Translations under genes and position numbers: made by a program
Shown here: piece by piece, positions 23,241 through 34,818 of the stretch
How the letters are laid out: each line of letters begins with the position of its first letter
How positions within the stretch are numbered: position 1 is the stretch's first letter
From: Hyphochytrium catenoides
Taxonomy: Eukaryota; Protista; Hyphochytriomycota
Direction: 5' to 3'
DNA: 38,771 nt
NCBI GenBank assembly: GCA_900088475.1
Contig: FLMG01004145.1
Coordinates: 1 to 38,771, forward strand
The notes under the pieces: model-generated
Seen by the model: only the letters and a program-made list of their open reading frames with translations
Told to the model about the DNA's origin: nothing
Databases searched by the model: none

Positions 23241-24376
23241 TCATCGCCTCCCTTGTAAGATCGTGACTATTGATTACTAATAACTGATTCTTGAGGGCTG
23301 CAAAGAGTTTTCTTGTGATGCAGATTTTGCTGCACAGAACATGTCGACCAGCAGATCGGCTGATCTTCAGGTTACAGGGTGGTAACAGAGCGAATCTGAG
23401 GGAGGAGGGCGGAGTATGATTTGGGTATGGGAGTCCTGCTACAGTTTATGTCCCTCTTTTCTCTCTCTCTCTCTCTCTTTCTCTCTTTCTCTCTCTCGAA
23501 CTCTTCCTTATTCCTTCTCTTTCTTTGTCTCTCTCTCGTCTCTCTCTGTCTCTCTCTGTCTCGATTGAGTGATCGCTCTCACTGTAGCTGTCTCTTTATC
23601 TCTCCCTCCTGGCCTTTCTTGTCTTTGTCTCCCCCTTTCTATGGAGGTGCTTGCTCCCTTCGTCCCAGTTCTCCAGGTGCCCATCATCTTTCTCTCTCTT
23701 TCNNNNNNNNNNNNNNNNNNNNNNNNNNNNNNNNNNNNNNNNNNNNNNNNNNNNNNNNNNNNNNNNNNNNNNNNNNNTCTCTCTTCTCTCTCTCTCTCTG
23801 TGGGTTCACACCCATCTCTCCCTGCCGATCCGCCCCTCAGCTTTGAATTGTAGGGAGATGGAAACAGGACGAAGAGAAAGAGGTCAGACAAAGGGCAAGA
23901 ACAGTGGAGAGAAAGGAGAGAGAAAGAGAGATAAAGCAGGTTCATCTTATCTCCTGATCGATTGACTGACAGGAGGACGAGCCGTTCTGCCTTCTGCTAC
24001 CTTTACTCTTCTGCTGTGTTGAAGTCGGGAGAGGAAGAGAAGGGAGAGACTCAGAGTAGACAAAAGAGAGTTCACAGTGCATCGCAGATCGATCTCTCAG
24101 TCTTATATCAGGCAAAGGAGAGCGGTACAACCTGGAGAGAGAGAGAGAGAGCTCTAGGCGTTGTTGCCCTTCGAAGGGCACTTCTGCTGCTCTTCTCTCC
24201 TGCTTCATAAAAGCTGGTCAAGAAAGAGAGAACAGGCGCACCAAGCAAAGTGAACAGAAGCTGTGATGAGTGAGACGGAGGCACGGAGACAGACAGAGAC
24301 AAAAAGCAAGANNNNNNNNNNNNNNNNNNNNNNNNNNNNNNNNNNNNNNNNNNNNNNNNNNNNNNNNNNNNNNNNN

Positions 24377-27300
24377 CTCCAACGGGAGGACAGCCCGCAG
24401 CTCATCTGGCAGTTCCCAGGCTTCTGTGACGTGCTGGAGGAGAGAGAAAGGGACTCCACTGGCCTAGCAGGTGAGAGACAGGAGAGAATGGAAGCGACAG
24501 CCCGGCATGGGAGAAAAGAGAAGGAGAAAGAGAGATGAAATGTCTCAGTGAAAATGAAGGTCATGAGATAAGCACTTTTTCTCTTGACGCTTTTTCCTAA
24601 AGCTATCTCTCTCCCTTCTCTCTCTCTCCCTCTTTCTCTCTCTCTTTCAAAGGAACTATGGAGAGTCCCGGCAAGGCAGAGCAGAAGCTGAAAGACAGAA
24701 ACGGCGTCAATGAGACGCAGCAGCTCCTACATAAGGAAGGACAGCTAGTCCGCACGTCGTCGCGGATGATGGCCAGGAATACGCTTACAAGATCAGCACC
24801 CAAGCTAATACTCGTCACCGTAAGGCTGCAGAGGTGTTAACGTCGTCAGAGAAAGCATTAGAGGCTAGAGACAATGCCAGACGAGAGAGAAAATGAGAGG
24901 GGAGAGAGAGAGGGAAGGAGGAAGAGAAAGAGAGAGAGACGAAAGAGTTATCAACGTGGATCTCCCTTTCCTTCCCCACCACATCTACCTCTTACCTCTC
25001 TTTCTTAACGAATAGGTCGGGCTGCCAGCGCGTGGAAAGTCTTTCATCTCCAAGAAAATCCAACGCTTTCTCTCTTGGCGAGGAGAGAAGGTTGAGGTCT
25101 TTAACGTGGGGAACTACCGTCGGCAGTCGGTGACAGGGCGCCAGGACGCCAACTGGTTCAATAACACGCAGGATAGGGACAAGCTCGCCCAGGGTGTTAT
25201 GGAGCATATGATAGAGTAAGAGATTGCATCTAATCTGACGTCGAGAGTTCTTTCTCTCTCCTCTTACTCCTCACTCTCTAGGTCTATATCCCCTATCTCT
25301 CTCTTTGCTCTGCTCTCTCTCTCTCTCTCTCTCTGCCTCTCTCTTTCTCGCTGGCTCGCTACCCGTCTTATTGCTAAGTCTTTGCTTTCTACCATGCGTT
25401 TTCGTCTGCTCTACTCCCTCAGCAAAGGCGGATATTTAGTATCAGATCGTCTCTCCATAGTTCTTTTGTTGCCCTGCTGGCACTGCATACTCCGCATTCT
25501 ACTGCTCCACTGTCTGTCCTCTTCATCTCTGACCTTCCGCGGTTCTCTTCTTGCTCCAGCTGGCTTCACAAAGGCGGGGACGTTGCCATCTTTGATGCTA
25601 CTAATACCACTAGAGCGCGGCGGGAACTCCTCCAGGTAGTCAGAGACACGATCGGGAAGAGAGGGAGAGACTGGAGGATGTCCAGCAAACAACTGTCCAA
25701 GTGGAAGACAGATGCCCTAACCTGCTACTCTTCTCCTTCTTTGACTGCGCCATCTTTAGGAAAGAGTTACAAAGTTCTCAGTAGACGTTGGTCTCCGCAT
25801 TGCCGTGGTCTTTCTGGAGAGTATTTGCACAGACAACCGCGTCCTCTCCCGGAACTATCATCAGAAGGTCCTCACCTCTCCTGACTTCAAGGGTGTGAGC
25901 TATGATGACGCTGTTGGAGACTTGAAGAACCGGATCGAGAACTATAAGAAAGTGTATGAGACTATTACGGATGATGAGCACTGTAGCTACGTCAAGCTCT
26001 TCAACCTCCAATCCAAAGTCCATGCCAACCACATGTAAGATAGCTCTCTTCTCTCGCTTTCTCCCTCTCTCTCTCTCGTGTCTGTCTGTCTACTAGGGCC
26101 TAACTGGGGGTCCCCCTCGTTCTACTGCAGTCCTCCGCATGCCCTTGCTTCGAACGTGTCTGCCCTGCCCTACCCTGCCCCTTAAAAATAGTGATTGATG
26201 ATGAGCTCTTTCACTTTCCAGCCTCCTAACTCGAGATCCACTAAGGGTTATCTCGTTACGCTGTGATCGTCTCTATCGTGCATACGTGTATATACATAAC
26301 TTACCCACACCTTCTCCTTTGCTACTTCCTCAGCTATGGACGACTCGCCAAGTCGCTTCTTCCCTACCTTATGAGCATCCACATAGGGAATCGACCGATC
26401 TGGCTTACTCGTGCGGGGCATTGCGAAGAGGTGAAATCTTCGTATTACGTTATGGACAATGTGCCTTGCATAGCTTCACGGAGCGCCAAGCTCAGCGTCG
26501 AGGGTAAGCTGCGAGCATAGCGAGAAAGGACACGTGAGAGAAGGTGTTCTGCTTCGTAGCCTTCTCCTGATAACGTTTATTCTATCTNNNNNNNNNNNNN
26601 NNNNNNNNNNNNNNNNNNNNNNNNNNNNNNNNNNNNNNNNNNNNNNNNNNNNNNNNNNCACTCAACCCATTAGACAAGGGCGAAGCGTACGGGATCACAG
26701 TTGATGAGATGAAGGAGAAGATGCCGGTAAGGGAAAAGACGGAGAGATATAGGGACAACAAAGATGAGCATCTGACTCACCCACCATTCTCTTAGGAGGC
26801 TTGGGCGGAGTGGGAGAGAGATCCTCTGCACACTCGCTTCCCTGGCGGAGAGAGTTACCATGACTTGATGATCCGGTTAGAGGCCATAGTGACAGACATT
26901 GAGCAGCAAACTGATCCTGTCCTTATCGTCTCACATATATCGGCACTACAGGTGAGCCTAGAAGCGAATATCGGCACGGCCTAGGACAGCTTTCTTTCTC
27001 TCTCTCTCTCTCCCCCTGGTTCTCCCTCGCACAACCACGCGCACACTTACACACGCCCTTTCTGGTTTCTTGTCCTCGTCGCCCCAACTTTTGCCTCCGT
27101 GTCTCTCTCGTGTTGTTTGTCCGCTTGGCAGCTCTGAGTTAGACTTCCTAGCTATCTTCTCAATCTCTCTTCATATGTCATCTTCCTTTCCTCGCTTTGA
27201 TTCACATTGCTCCCTCTGTTGCCCTTGGTAATCACTTTATCATCGTCCCTCTTGGGCCCACGCCTATGCCGCTCCCTGCTGACGATGCTCTCCCTTAGGT

Positions 27301-27517
27301 GCTTTACTGTTACTTCCTTGGCGTTCCTATCCAGGAGTGCCACAAGCTTTCCATCCCCTTTCACTCTGTGCTAGAGCTGACGCCACAGGGCGCGGGGTGG
27401 GATACCAAGATCATTGACCTTAGGAATGAGCATCAGAAGCTGCAAAAGGCTAACTCCATGACAGCTAGAAGGGATAGCGTCTCCGCCCTCCCATTGTCTC
27501 CTATAGACTGCAAGTGA
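24377..27517 (+). CDS. PFKFB: 6-phosphofructo-2-kinase/fructose-2,6-bisphosphatase family protein (kinase intact, phosphatase motif degenerate); 5' end uncertain, internal N-gap
   Basis: Walker [16 protein letters not shown], then [31 protein letters not shown] and [10 protein letters not shown]. The phosphatase domain has [19 protein letters not shown] and VLIVSH. An in-frame upstream exon (24377-24470) splices to 24653, ahead of the ATG at 24658. Confidence 0.93.
26588..26658. other. Assembly gap inside PFKFB (other gaps: 9066-9143, 18543-18585, 23703-23777, 24312-24376, 35241-35288)
   Basis: Runs of N, several of them next to GA/CT microsatellites. Confidence 0.99.
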
Positions 27518-28169
27518 AGGGCTTGGAGCTCCTTTACCTCTAATTTATTAGCCAAAGCGCCGGAGAGAAGAAGGCCACAACGAGACACAGCAAGCTAACT
27601 TATAGCTGCCTTTTGCCATCTCTTTGACGGACTGAGACCTAGCTCTATGATGTGCTAGACCTATTGCGGCGGGTGGCGGCTTGGACTTTAGATTTTCTCT
27701 TCTTGTCAAAGATATGCTGCCGTCGCCTCTCTCTCTCTTGTCTGCTACTATCCCAGTGAACGCTTTCTGTTACCATCTACTTGTACGCCCCACGGCAACT
27801 ATCCTGCTCCTTGTAGAGACAGTCTATCATTGGAGGAAAGCGAAATATGAGAGGGGTAGAAGGCAAGGATAGCAGCGTAGAGTGGCTGGGATGGAAGACA
27901 GAGAAGATGATGAGGGTGGACAAGAAGGTATGGCTCTTCCTTGAGGAGGAGACTGCTGCTCTTCCTCTCTTCCGTGTCGGTTGACCAAAGAGTTGAAGAA
28001 GTGACGAGCGCTTTGCCTTTGTCGCCCCGCCGACAAACTGCATCACCCCTTGATATATTCTGAATAAGAAAGGTATTGAGTGATACTTTCATGTTAAATA
28101 ACAAAGTCTATCCGAAATCCGCCGATGGGAGGGAGGATGATACACTTCATAATTATTTGATCCTCTGCC

Positions 28170-28174
<5 letters not shown>

Positions 28175-28240
<66 letters not shown>

Positions 28241-28362
28241 CTCTCTCACACTCTCTCTCTGCGTCTATCTTTTTCTCTCTTTCGCTATCTCTCACTATCT
28301 CTTTCTCTCTCTTTTTCCTCCCCCTTCTCCCTCATTCTTTCTCTCTCATTCTTTCTCTCTCT
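28175..28362. repeat. (CT)n microsatellite / polypyrimidine tract
   Basis: Perfect CT run ~28175-28237, followed by degenerate CT. Confidence 0.9.
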
Positions 28363-28600
28363 CTTTTATGGGATAGACTCTGCCTGTTCAAGGACTGCGA
28401 TGTGCAGTTTACGGGATGATGGTCACTTTCGGAGATCAGACATCATCATCAAGCATCGCAGACAATCGGTCTGCACCAGCGGCAGGGCCTCACTGCCCTG
28501 CCTGGCCTCAGTCTGCAGCCGTCCCCGCGTCAAGCTGCAGACACCGAGCCGCGAGGGAGGGGAAGAGACAGAGCAAGACCCCGAGCGCGTAGGGAGCAGG

Positions 28601-28796
28601 ATGGGACAGGAAAAGCTACGGATTCTCTGTCTGCACGGACTCTATCAGAACTCCAAGTCTTTTGCAGAGAAAGTGAGACCGATCAGGTGAGAAGATGGCG
28701 GCGCCTCCTAGAGCCTTGGGATCTCTTGTCCTCTTAACCGTCTTCACTTCCCCTTCGTTCTCTCCCGCCCTTGGGGTGGTCTTCCCTCTTTTCTGA

Positions 28797-28843
<47 letters not shown>

Positions 28844-29763
28844 CTCTGTGTCTCTGTCTCTCTCACCCTCTCTCTCTCTCTCTGTCTCTCTCTCTTTCTT
28901 TCTCTCTCTCTCTCTTTCTGTCTCTCTCTCCCCCTTCTCTCTCTCTTCGAATACTCATCTCTGCTTTTTATATAGCGATGCCTGCCAAGACTTGGCCGAA
29001 TTCCTCTTCCTAGATGGTCCTTACCTTGTAACGCCGAAGATACTCAGCCGACCGCCTCGGTCCTCGAGGATCAGACCTAAGGCTCATGGAGCACTAGATG
29101 CGCAACAGGGCGCCCGAGGGCTCTCTTCCTCTTCAGTTCATCCCTTCCGTGCCTGGTGGGTCCCACCTGGCGTGGTAGGAGAGGTTGGAGAGGGAGAGAG
29201 GGACAATGCAATGGCCCCAGAGATGCACACTTGCACTGCCTTCCACATCAAGCGCTTTCTAGCTTCAGCGGAGCCTGTTGACGGCATTCTTGGGTTCTCG
29301 CAGGGCGCCGCCCTTGCTTCACTGCTGTGCACCAATGAGGTCAGACCGCCAGCTATCAATTATCTACCGCCTTCTTCTATTCTGTCTCTCACGTTCCTAG
29401 GCTTGAAGTGACCAGGGACATCCACTTATCTCTCTCCCTCTCTCTGTCCTATCTCTCTCACAGGCTGCAAGGCATATGGAGTGGACTCCCAGTCGAGCCA
29501 TTTATATCAGCGGATATGTGTCAGACGACAGCCGAGGAATGCACGCAGAGATGTTTAAGTCTAACGTGATCCCTCATCTACAAACGTTACACGTCTACGG
29601 AGAGCAAGACAGAGTAGTGCTGCCAGAGAAGAGCAGAGAGATGGCTCTGTTCTTCCGTCATCAGAAGGAACATCGAGCGCTTGTGCACCGCCATGCTGAC
29701 GGCCACATTGTGCCGAAAACTGCAGAATTTGTCGACCTCGTGCGGAGATTTCTCTCTGCCTAG
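28601..29763 (+). CDS. OVCA2: FSH1/OVCA2-type serine hydrolase (alpha/beta hydrolase), 3 exons
   Basis: LRILCLHGLYQN, FLFLDGP, RAWW, nucleophile elbow DGILGFSQGA, LHVYGEQDRVV (Asp), HADGHIVP (His). An upstream in-frame ATG at 28400 could extend the N-terminus. Confidence 0.9.
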
Positions 29764-30332
29764 CTCGACCGCTGGCACGTCTAGCTGCCAGGCCGAGGAC
29801 CAGCAGCGAAGCTGCTCTTGGGCTCTGCATTTTTGGGAAAGGCATCTATAAGTTGGTGAGGCTCTGATTGATGGCCAACTAAACACAACGACTAATAAAT
29901 TAGATTGGACATCCTTCAAGGACTGCGGCTGATGTTCCTTCTCACTTTCAAATCTTGGGCACGAGAGCCTTGCGCTGTCTCTTATGCATGGAGACATTAT
30001 TGAACCAGCAGTGAGTCAAGGAGGTGACGAGAGGTACAGCGAATACCTTGGACACGGCTTATAGCCTACATTTTCGAGAGTTGACAGAGCTTACAGTTCG
30101 TGATAGAATTGACTACGGTGGTGCTATATATATGAGAAAAGATAGGAGATGAAGGACCAAGAGAGCTTTCCAAGGCATTTCCAAGGCAATAATATGAGAA
30201 GGTACAGCTTCGGGTCTGTGGTTCTACACCACGGATCCAGTGCCCTTCCAAACTGCGCAGAGTCCAAAGAGAGAGTGTGAAAGCTGTCTTAAGAAAAGCG
30301 GAGAGAGAAGGAAAGGGAAACTGGAGCTAGCT

Positions 30333-31589
30333 TTAGCGGAGCCTTCCCACTCTGGGAATGGCACTTGTAGCTCTCTTCCTGGGCGCTGTGTCAGTCGTAT
30401 CTCTACTCGCGCTTGGTCGCCGGTTCAGAGGCCTTCATAAAAGTTTAGTTTAGAGATATGCATCATACCATCCTCCCCTCTTCCGCTCACATCCGTCCAT
30501 CTCGAATCCCTATCCCGCATGCTTAGTCACCATTTGCCAGTTTCCTTACCTCTGTAGTCTGGTGTCCGTATACCGCCTGGCGCCAAGACCAGCACGTAGA
30601 GTGCTGGACGAGGGTTGAAAGCGCGCGGCCAGCGGCTCGGGGTTTGTCTGTGGCACCATCTCAAGAAGCTCCTCATCCTCCTAAAGAATAAGTGCAAGGT
30701 AGAGAGAGAATTTGATGAGGAACTGGTGGGGTCTTACCCGAAGTAGAAGGCATTGGCACAGTTAGCGTGAAGCTCTAAGTGAAACGAAGTAGGAAAGGCG
30801 AGGGAGACGAGGGGAATAAGGCTAAATTCTAAGAGAAAATCAAAGGTAGGGTCTTAATAGCAAATGGTAGACCTGGACCGGAGGAACAGCCGGATAAGCC
30901 ATCTCTGTGTATCTTGGAGGTTGGGACACTGCCAAACGGAGAGGTAAATGTGGTTAGAGAAAGTTCGAAGGAAGCAGTAAACCGAACAGACTCAAGGCCT
31001 AAGAGACAGAAAGAGGGGCAAGGGAAGTTCACTTGATAGAGAAGAAGATAGTGAAAAGGGAGAAATAGCTCACTAGCATTTGCAGACCTTTATTCTGTGC
31101 TTGCAGTTGGACTGTCACTCTCTCCCAGACCTGCAGCCAAGTGTCCATGAGGCCACTCGTGTTCTCAACCGTTGTAATTAACGTGTTGAGGTTCTGACTG
31201 GCTGACTTTAAGTTGCTGTTGACCTAACGGTTTACAGCAGCACACAAGTGCATTAGACAAAGCTGGGTAAGAGGAGGATCCAAGAGCTCAGCTTCTCCAG
31301 CTGTCAATAGAAGACCGTTGATCGTAAAGAAAGGACCGACGAGGAAATGGTTGAGTAAGACGGCTAACTCAAGAGAAAAAAGAGAAGATGTCAAGAAGAG
31401 TGAGAGGGTTGGTGCGGAGACTCGTACATCTTTCAATATGGCCGCACACTTCTCGAACATGATGGCCTCTGCTAGGGCCTGTGAGTTCATTCCAGACACC
31501 TCTGGGTCCACTTCGGAAGTCACACTCTCGTTCACTGCGCTGCAGTCCATGTCCATGCCGCTCTCGTCCATTGCACTGCTGGTGTCCAT
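30333..31589 (-). CDS. DUO1: Duo1-like DASH/Dam1 kinetochore complex subunit (~180 aa; exons 31589-31428, 31223-31074, 30680-30550, 30432-30333)
   Basis: Phase-consistent exons. The core ALAEAIMFEKCAAILKDVNSNLKSASQNLNTLITTVENTSGLMDTWLQVW resembles the Duo1 helix (TV.NAS.LL.TW.RIL pattern). The basic tail ends KRATSAIPRVGRLR* and carries an SxIP motif. Confidence 0.62.
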
Positions 31590-32617
31590 AAGACCGTCTA
31601 GTCGCCTTCGAAAGCTTGTTGTGCGCAGGCAAAGGTTCACGTCTTCACTTCCTTGCTGAATTGCTTCTAAAGTAAGCAAGTATGCCACCCCAAGAGCCAG
31701 TTAGGCAATCTAATCCCGGCGAACTGTTCTCAGCAGTGAAAGCGTTGGCAAAGCGTTATTATCAAATGAGCTTCGAGATAAATGTCTACGGGGTCGCCCT
31801 GTCAATCGCCTTCTGTTGTAGGAACACCGCCAGCACTTCTTGCCTGCCCTCTGCCACTTGTTCAATCCTTCTGTAACTATCCTCAAGGATGCATTCGGGC
31901 CTATCTGCCGCCTCCAGACCTTAAGCTACACGGCTCATCATCTCTCTATCAGCTCATCAGTCTGCGGCAGTGCCTCCAGCCTCCAGACGAGCTCCAGCAG
32001 CGCGGCGGATTGCCCGCTGCCATCGTCACAGCAGCAGAAAAAATTTGAAAGCTTTCAATTTCCCTCGTCTCCAACCTTGCCGCTAACGGCTAGTATGCCC
32101 TCTTGCACACGAGATTAGCGCTAGCTTGATGCATTTTCGGGCAAGGCTTACCTGTTCAACCCCTAAACCTTATTTTCTGAAGGTCTTAATTCTGTGCTAG
32201 ACGGAAGATAATAACGCCCAAATAGCTATTATCTAGGTCTTTACTGGTTTCTCAAATTCGGTAACCCCGTTCATGGCACGGGTCCCGCATTGAGAAGTTT
32301 GAAGCAGAGCTGTGACAGATCTTCAGAAGGCAATTCTTTCTGAAGCTTCAGGCTCTTCCTCCGACGAGCTCGGTAAGGGCAGAAGGACGGGAAAGGCGGA
32401 GATTGTCCAACTACTCGGCAGGAAGGAGCACCCCGGTGACAGCGCTTGTCGGTGGTTGGGGTGCATCTTGGCTCTGAAGAGGACTGCTGACGTGCGATTG
32501 CTTGACTGAGAGTAACGGAAACAACCCTAAGTTGCGCCTTTCAAAAGCTGGTAGTTCTTGGCCACTAGCTGATGTTATTGGCTTTTTGCTACTAAGCAAT
32601 CCTAGACACCAGAAACT

Positions 32618-34216
32618 ATGGCTCTCCAGTCAGAGGTTCTTCCACTTTCCCATCATCCACTCGGTGAGCCTTTACCGGGTGAGTTCCATGCTTGTTCCGT
32701 CTCCATGCCTCAGTGGGCCGATGTTGTCGGGTACGAGGAAGGTGACCAGAGAGTTCATTCACAGCTAAAGTGCGGATATCCGCGATTTGTCTATCATCCC
32801 GAAGTAAAGAGGCTCAATGAGCTTTGCACCAGAGAACTGGCTGGCGAGAGAGAAAGAGCCCTCGTCTTTCCTTCGCAGATGGTTGCCTTCCGATGCCGCT
32901 CTTTCCTCTTGAAGAACTCTCTTTCCTCTGTGAAAGTTGTGCCTCTTGGTGTTGATGCCTGTGCGGCCCTGATAACCTCTGAGGAGAACATGGGCATCTG
33001 CAAGCTCTATTGGCAACACACGGGAGAGCTTCTCTCCTCCCGCTACGCCTCCTACATCCTTAGGACTCTTGAGGAGAGAGCCAACGCATCTGGAGGAAGG
33101 TTCTTTATCTCGCCCGCTGCACTTCTGCTGCCATATCCTGCTAGTGATCAAACGTCCGAGCCTGTAGAGCACTTACGACAGAGGTTAGGGAAACTGTATG
33201 GGCAGAGGGTCGAAGATGTGTTCCTCTTTCCTACTGGGATGAGCGCCATCTACACCGCCTATCGTCTCCTCTCTAACATTTTTCCCTATCGCAAAGCAGT
33301 TATCTTTGGCTTTCCCTATCTGGATACACTGAAGATGATGCAGCGGACAGAGTGGGGACGAGGCGTGCATTTTTTCCCGAGAGGAGACGCCGAAGACTTC
33401 GCTCGCTTGGAGAAGATTCTCTCCGAGGAGAAGATCATGGGCATCTTCTTGGAGTTTCCCTGCAACCCCCTTCTCTCATGCATTGACCTTCCTCGTCTGG
33501 CTCTCCTCTCACGCCAGTATGCGTTTCCTTTAGTGGTGGACGACACAATCTTAGGCCCTTGCACCATAGATTTATTTAAGCGAAACGAGGTGGACATCGT
33601 GGTCTCCAGTCTTACAAAGATCTTTAGTGGCAAAGGAAACACCATGGGCGGCTCCCTCGTGCTCAATGGCCAGAGCGAACTCTACCAGAAACTGCGCTTG
33701 AGAGAGCTGCTACACGAGGATTGGGAGAATCTTCTCTTTCAAGAGGATGCTGAGGTTCTTCTAACTAACTCTGTGGACCTGGAGGCCAGAGCGAGGCAGA
33801 TCAATAAGACAGCAGTGGAGCTAGTGAGGAGACTTAGAGCAGAGCCAGCGGTAAAGACAGTCTTTTATACCGACACCGACGAGAACTGGACGTTCTTGCA
33901 GCAATACCTGAGAGCCCCTGAGGAAGAGGGCGAAGAAGATGGCAAACGAGGACGAGGAGGACTCTTCTCTTTAGTCTTTGAAGGAGGTCAAGAGGCTTCG
34001 AAGAAGTTCTATGACGCTCTACAGGTGGCAAAGGGCCCGAGCTTGGGGACGAACTTCACTCTCTGCTGCCCTTACACGCTGCTGGCACACTATCATGAGC
34101 TTCCTTTCGCTCAGAGTTGTGGCGTAGATGCCTCTCTGGTCAGGATCTGGGTCGGTCTTGAGCCACTAGAAGAAGTCTGGGCGGTCTTCAAGATAGCCTT
34201 GGACAGCCTCCGCTGA
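32618..34216 (+). CDS. STR2: Cystathionine gamma-synthase, STR2/Met-7 long type (PLP-dependent Cys/Met metabolism enzyme), intronless
   Basis: 532-aa ORF: LGEPLP..HACSVSMPQWADVVGYEEG, GYPRF, WQHTGE, FPTGMSAI, FGFPYLDTLK, EFPCNPLL, VVDDT, PLP lysine SSLTKIFSG, KGPSLGTNFTLCCPY.LLAHY.EL, VRIWVGLE. Confidence 0.92.
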   Translation: MALQSEVLPLSHHPLGEPLPGEFHACSVSMPQWADVVGYEEGDQRVHSQLKCGYPRFVYHPEVKRLNELCTRELAGERERALVFPSQMVAFRCRSFLLKNSLSSVKVVPLGVDACAALITSEENMGICKLYWQHTGELLSSRYASYILRTLEERANASGGRFFISPAALLLPYPASDQTSEPVEHLRQRLGKLYGQRVEDVFLFPTGMSAIYTAYRLLSNIFPYRKAVIFGFPYLDTLKMMQRTEWGRGVHFFPRGDAEDFARLEKILSEEKIMGIFLEFPCNPLLSCIDLPRLALLSRQYAFPLVVDDTILGPCTIDLFKRNEVDIVVSSLTKIFSGKGNTMGGSLVLNGQSELYQKLRLRELLHEDWENLLFQEDAEVLLTNSVDLEARARQINKTAVELVRRLRAEPAVKTVFYTDTDENWTFLQQYLRAPEEEGEEDGKRGRGGLFSLVFEGGQEASKKFYDALQVAKGPSLGTNFTLCCPYTLLAHYHELPFAQSCGVDASLVRIWVGLEPLEEVWAVFKIALDSLR

Positions 34217-34818
34217 ATGCTTTTCCTATCCTTACTCGTTCTCCTCCCAATAAAGTCGCCAGTCCAGGTCCAGGCAAGAGCAGGTGTAGAATGGAACCAG
34301 GTAGAACTTGCGTGGAGGCTAACTCTCGCCTGACTTCCTTAACTTGAGTTCGCTCTTTTACGGAGTAAACGGCAGAGAGACAGCTTAAGCCGTCTCCCTT
34401 TCCACAGAACCGTGTCACTGCTCTTCTAGCCCTCTGCTGTCGTACCTCTAACGCCTGTCATCTAGCAGCAGTCATGTACGACGGTGTCCCTTTCTACTCC
34501 GCCTCCTATCATTGCTGCCGTTTGCATAGCCCTGTCTTTGCCCGCTCCTCTTTTTCTCTCTCTCCCACTTCCTATCTCTCTCACACACACACCAATGACA
34601 TAGGCAGAACGTTCAGTTCCTTTTATCTTATGAGCGATTGAGCTGCATCCTCCAAACGGGTCACAGAAGTCATTCTTGCCCTTTTGTTGGCGCTATCCCT
34701 AATGATTAACTACCTGTGAAAATTGGCGAGCCCTTTCGTTGCTCTTCGCATGCTTAGTTCTGATCTAGTAGTGGTTCTCTGTTCGCCTTTTCTCTCTCTC
34801 TCTCTCTCACTCCCCGAT

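Noticed and set aside
23160-23260. Acidic (ED)n coding exon
   Set aside because: No supporting start or splice context. Treated as a simple repeat.
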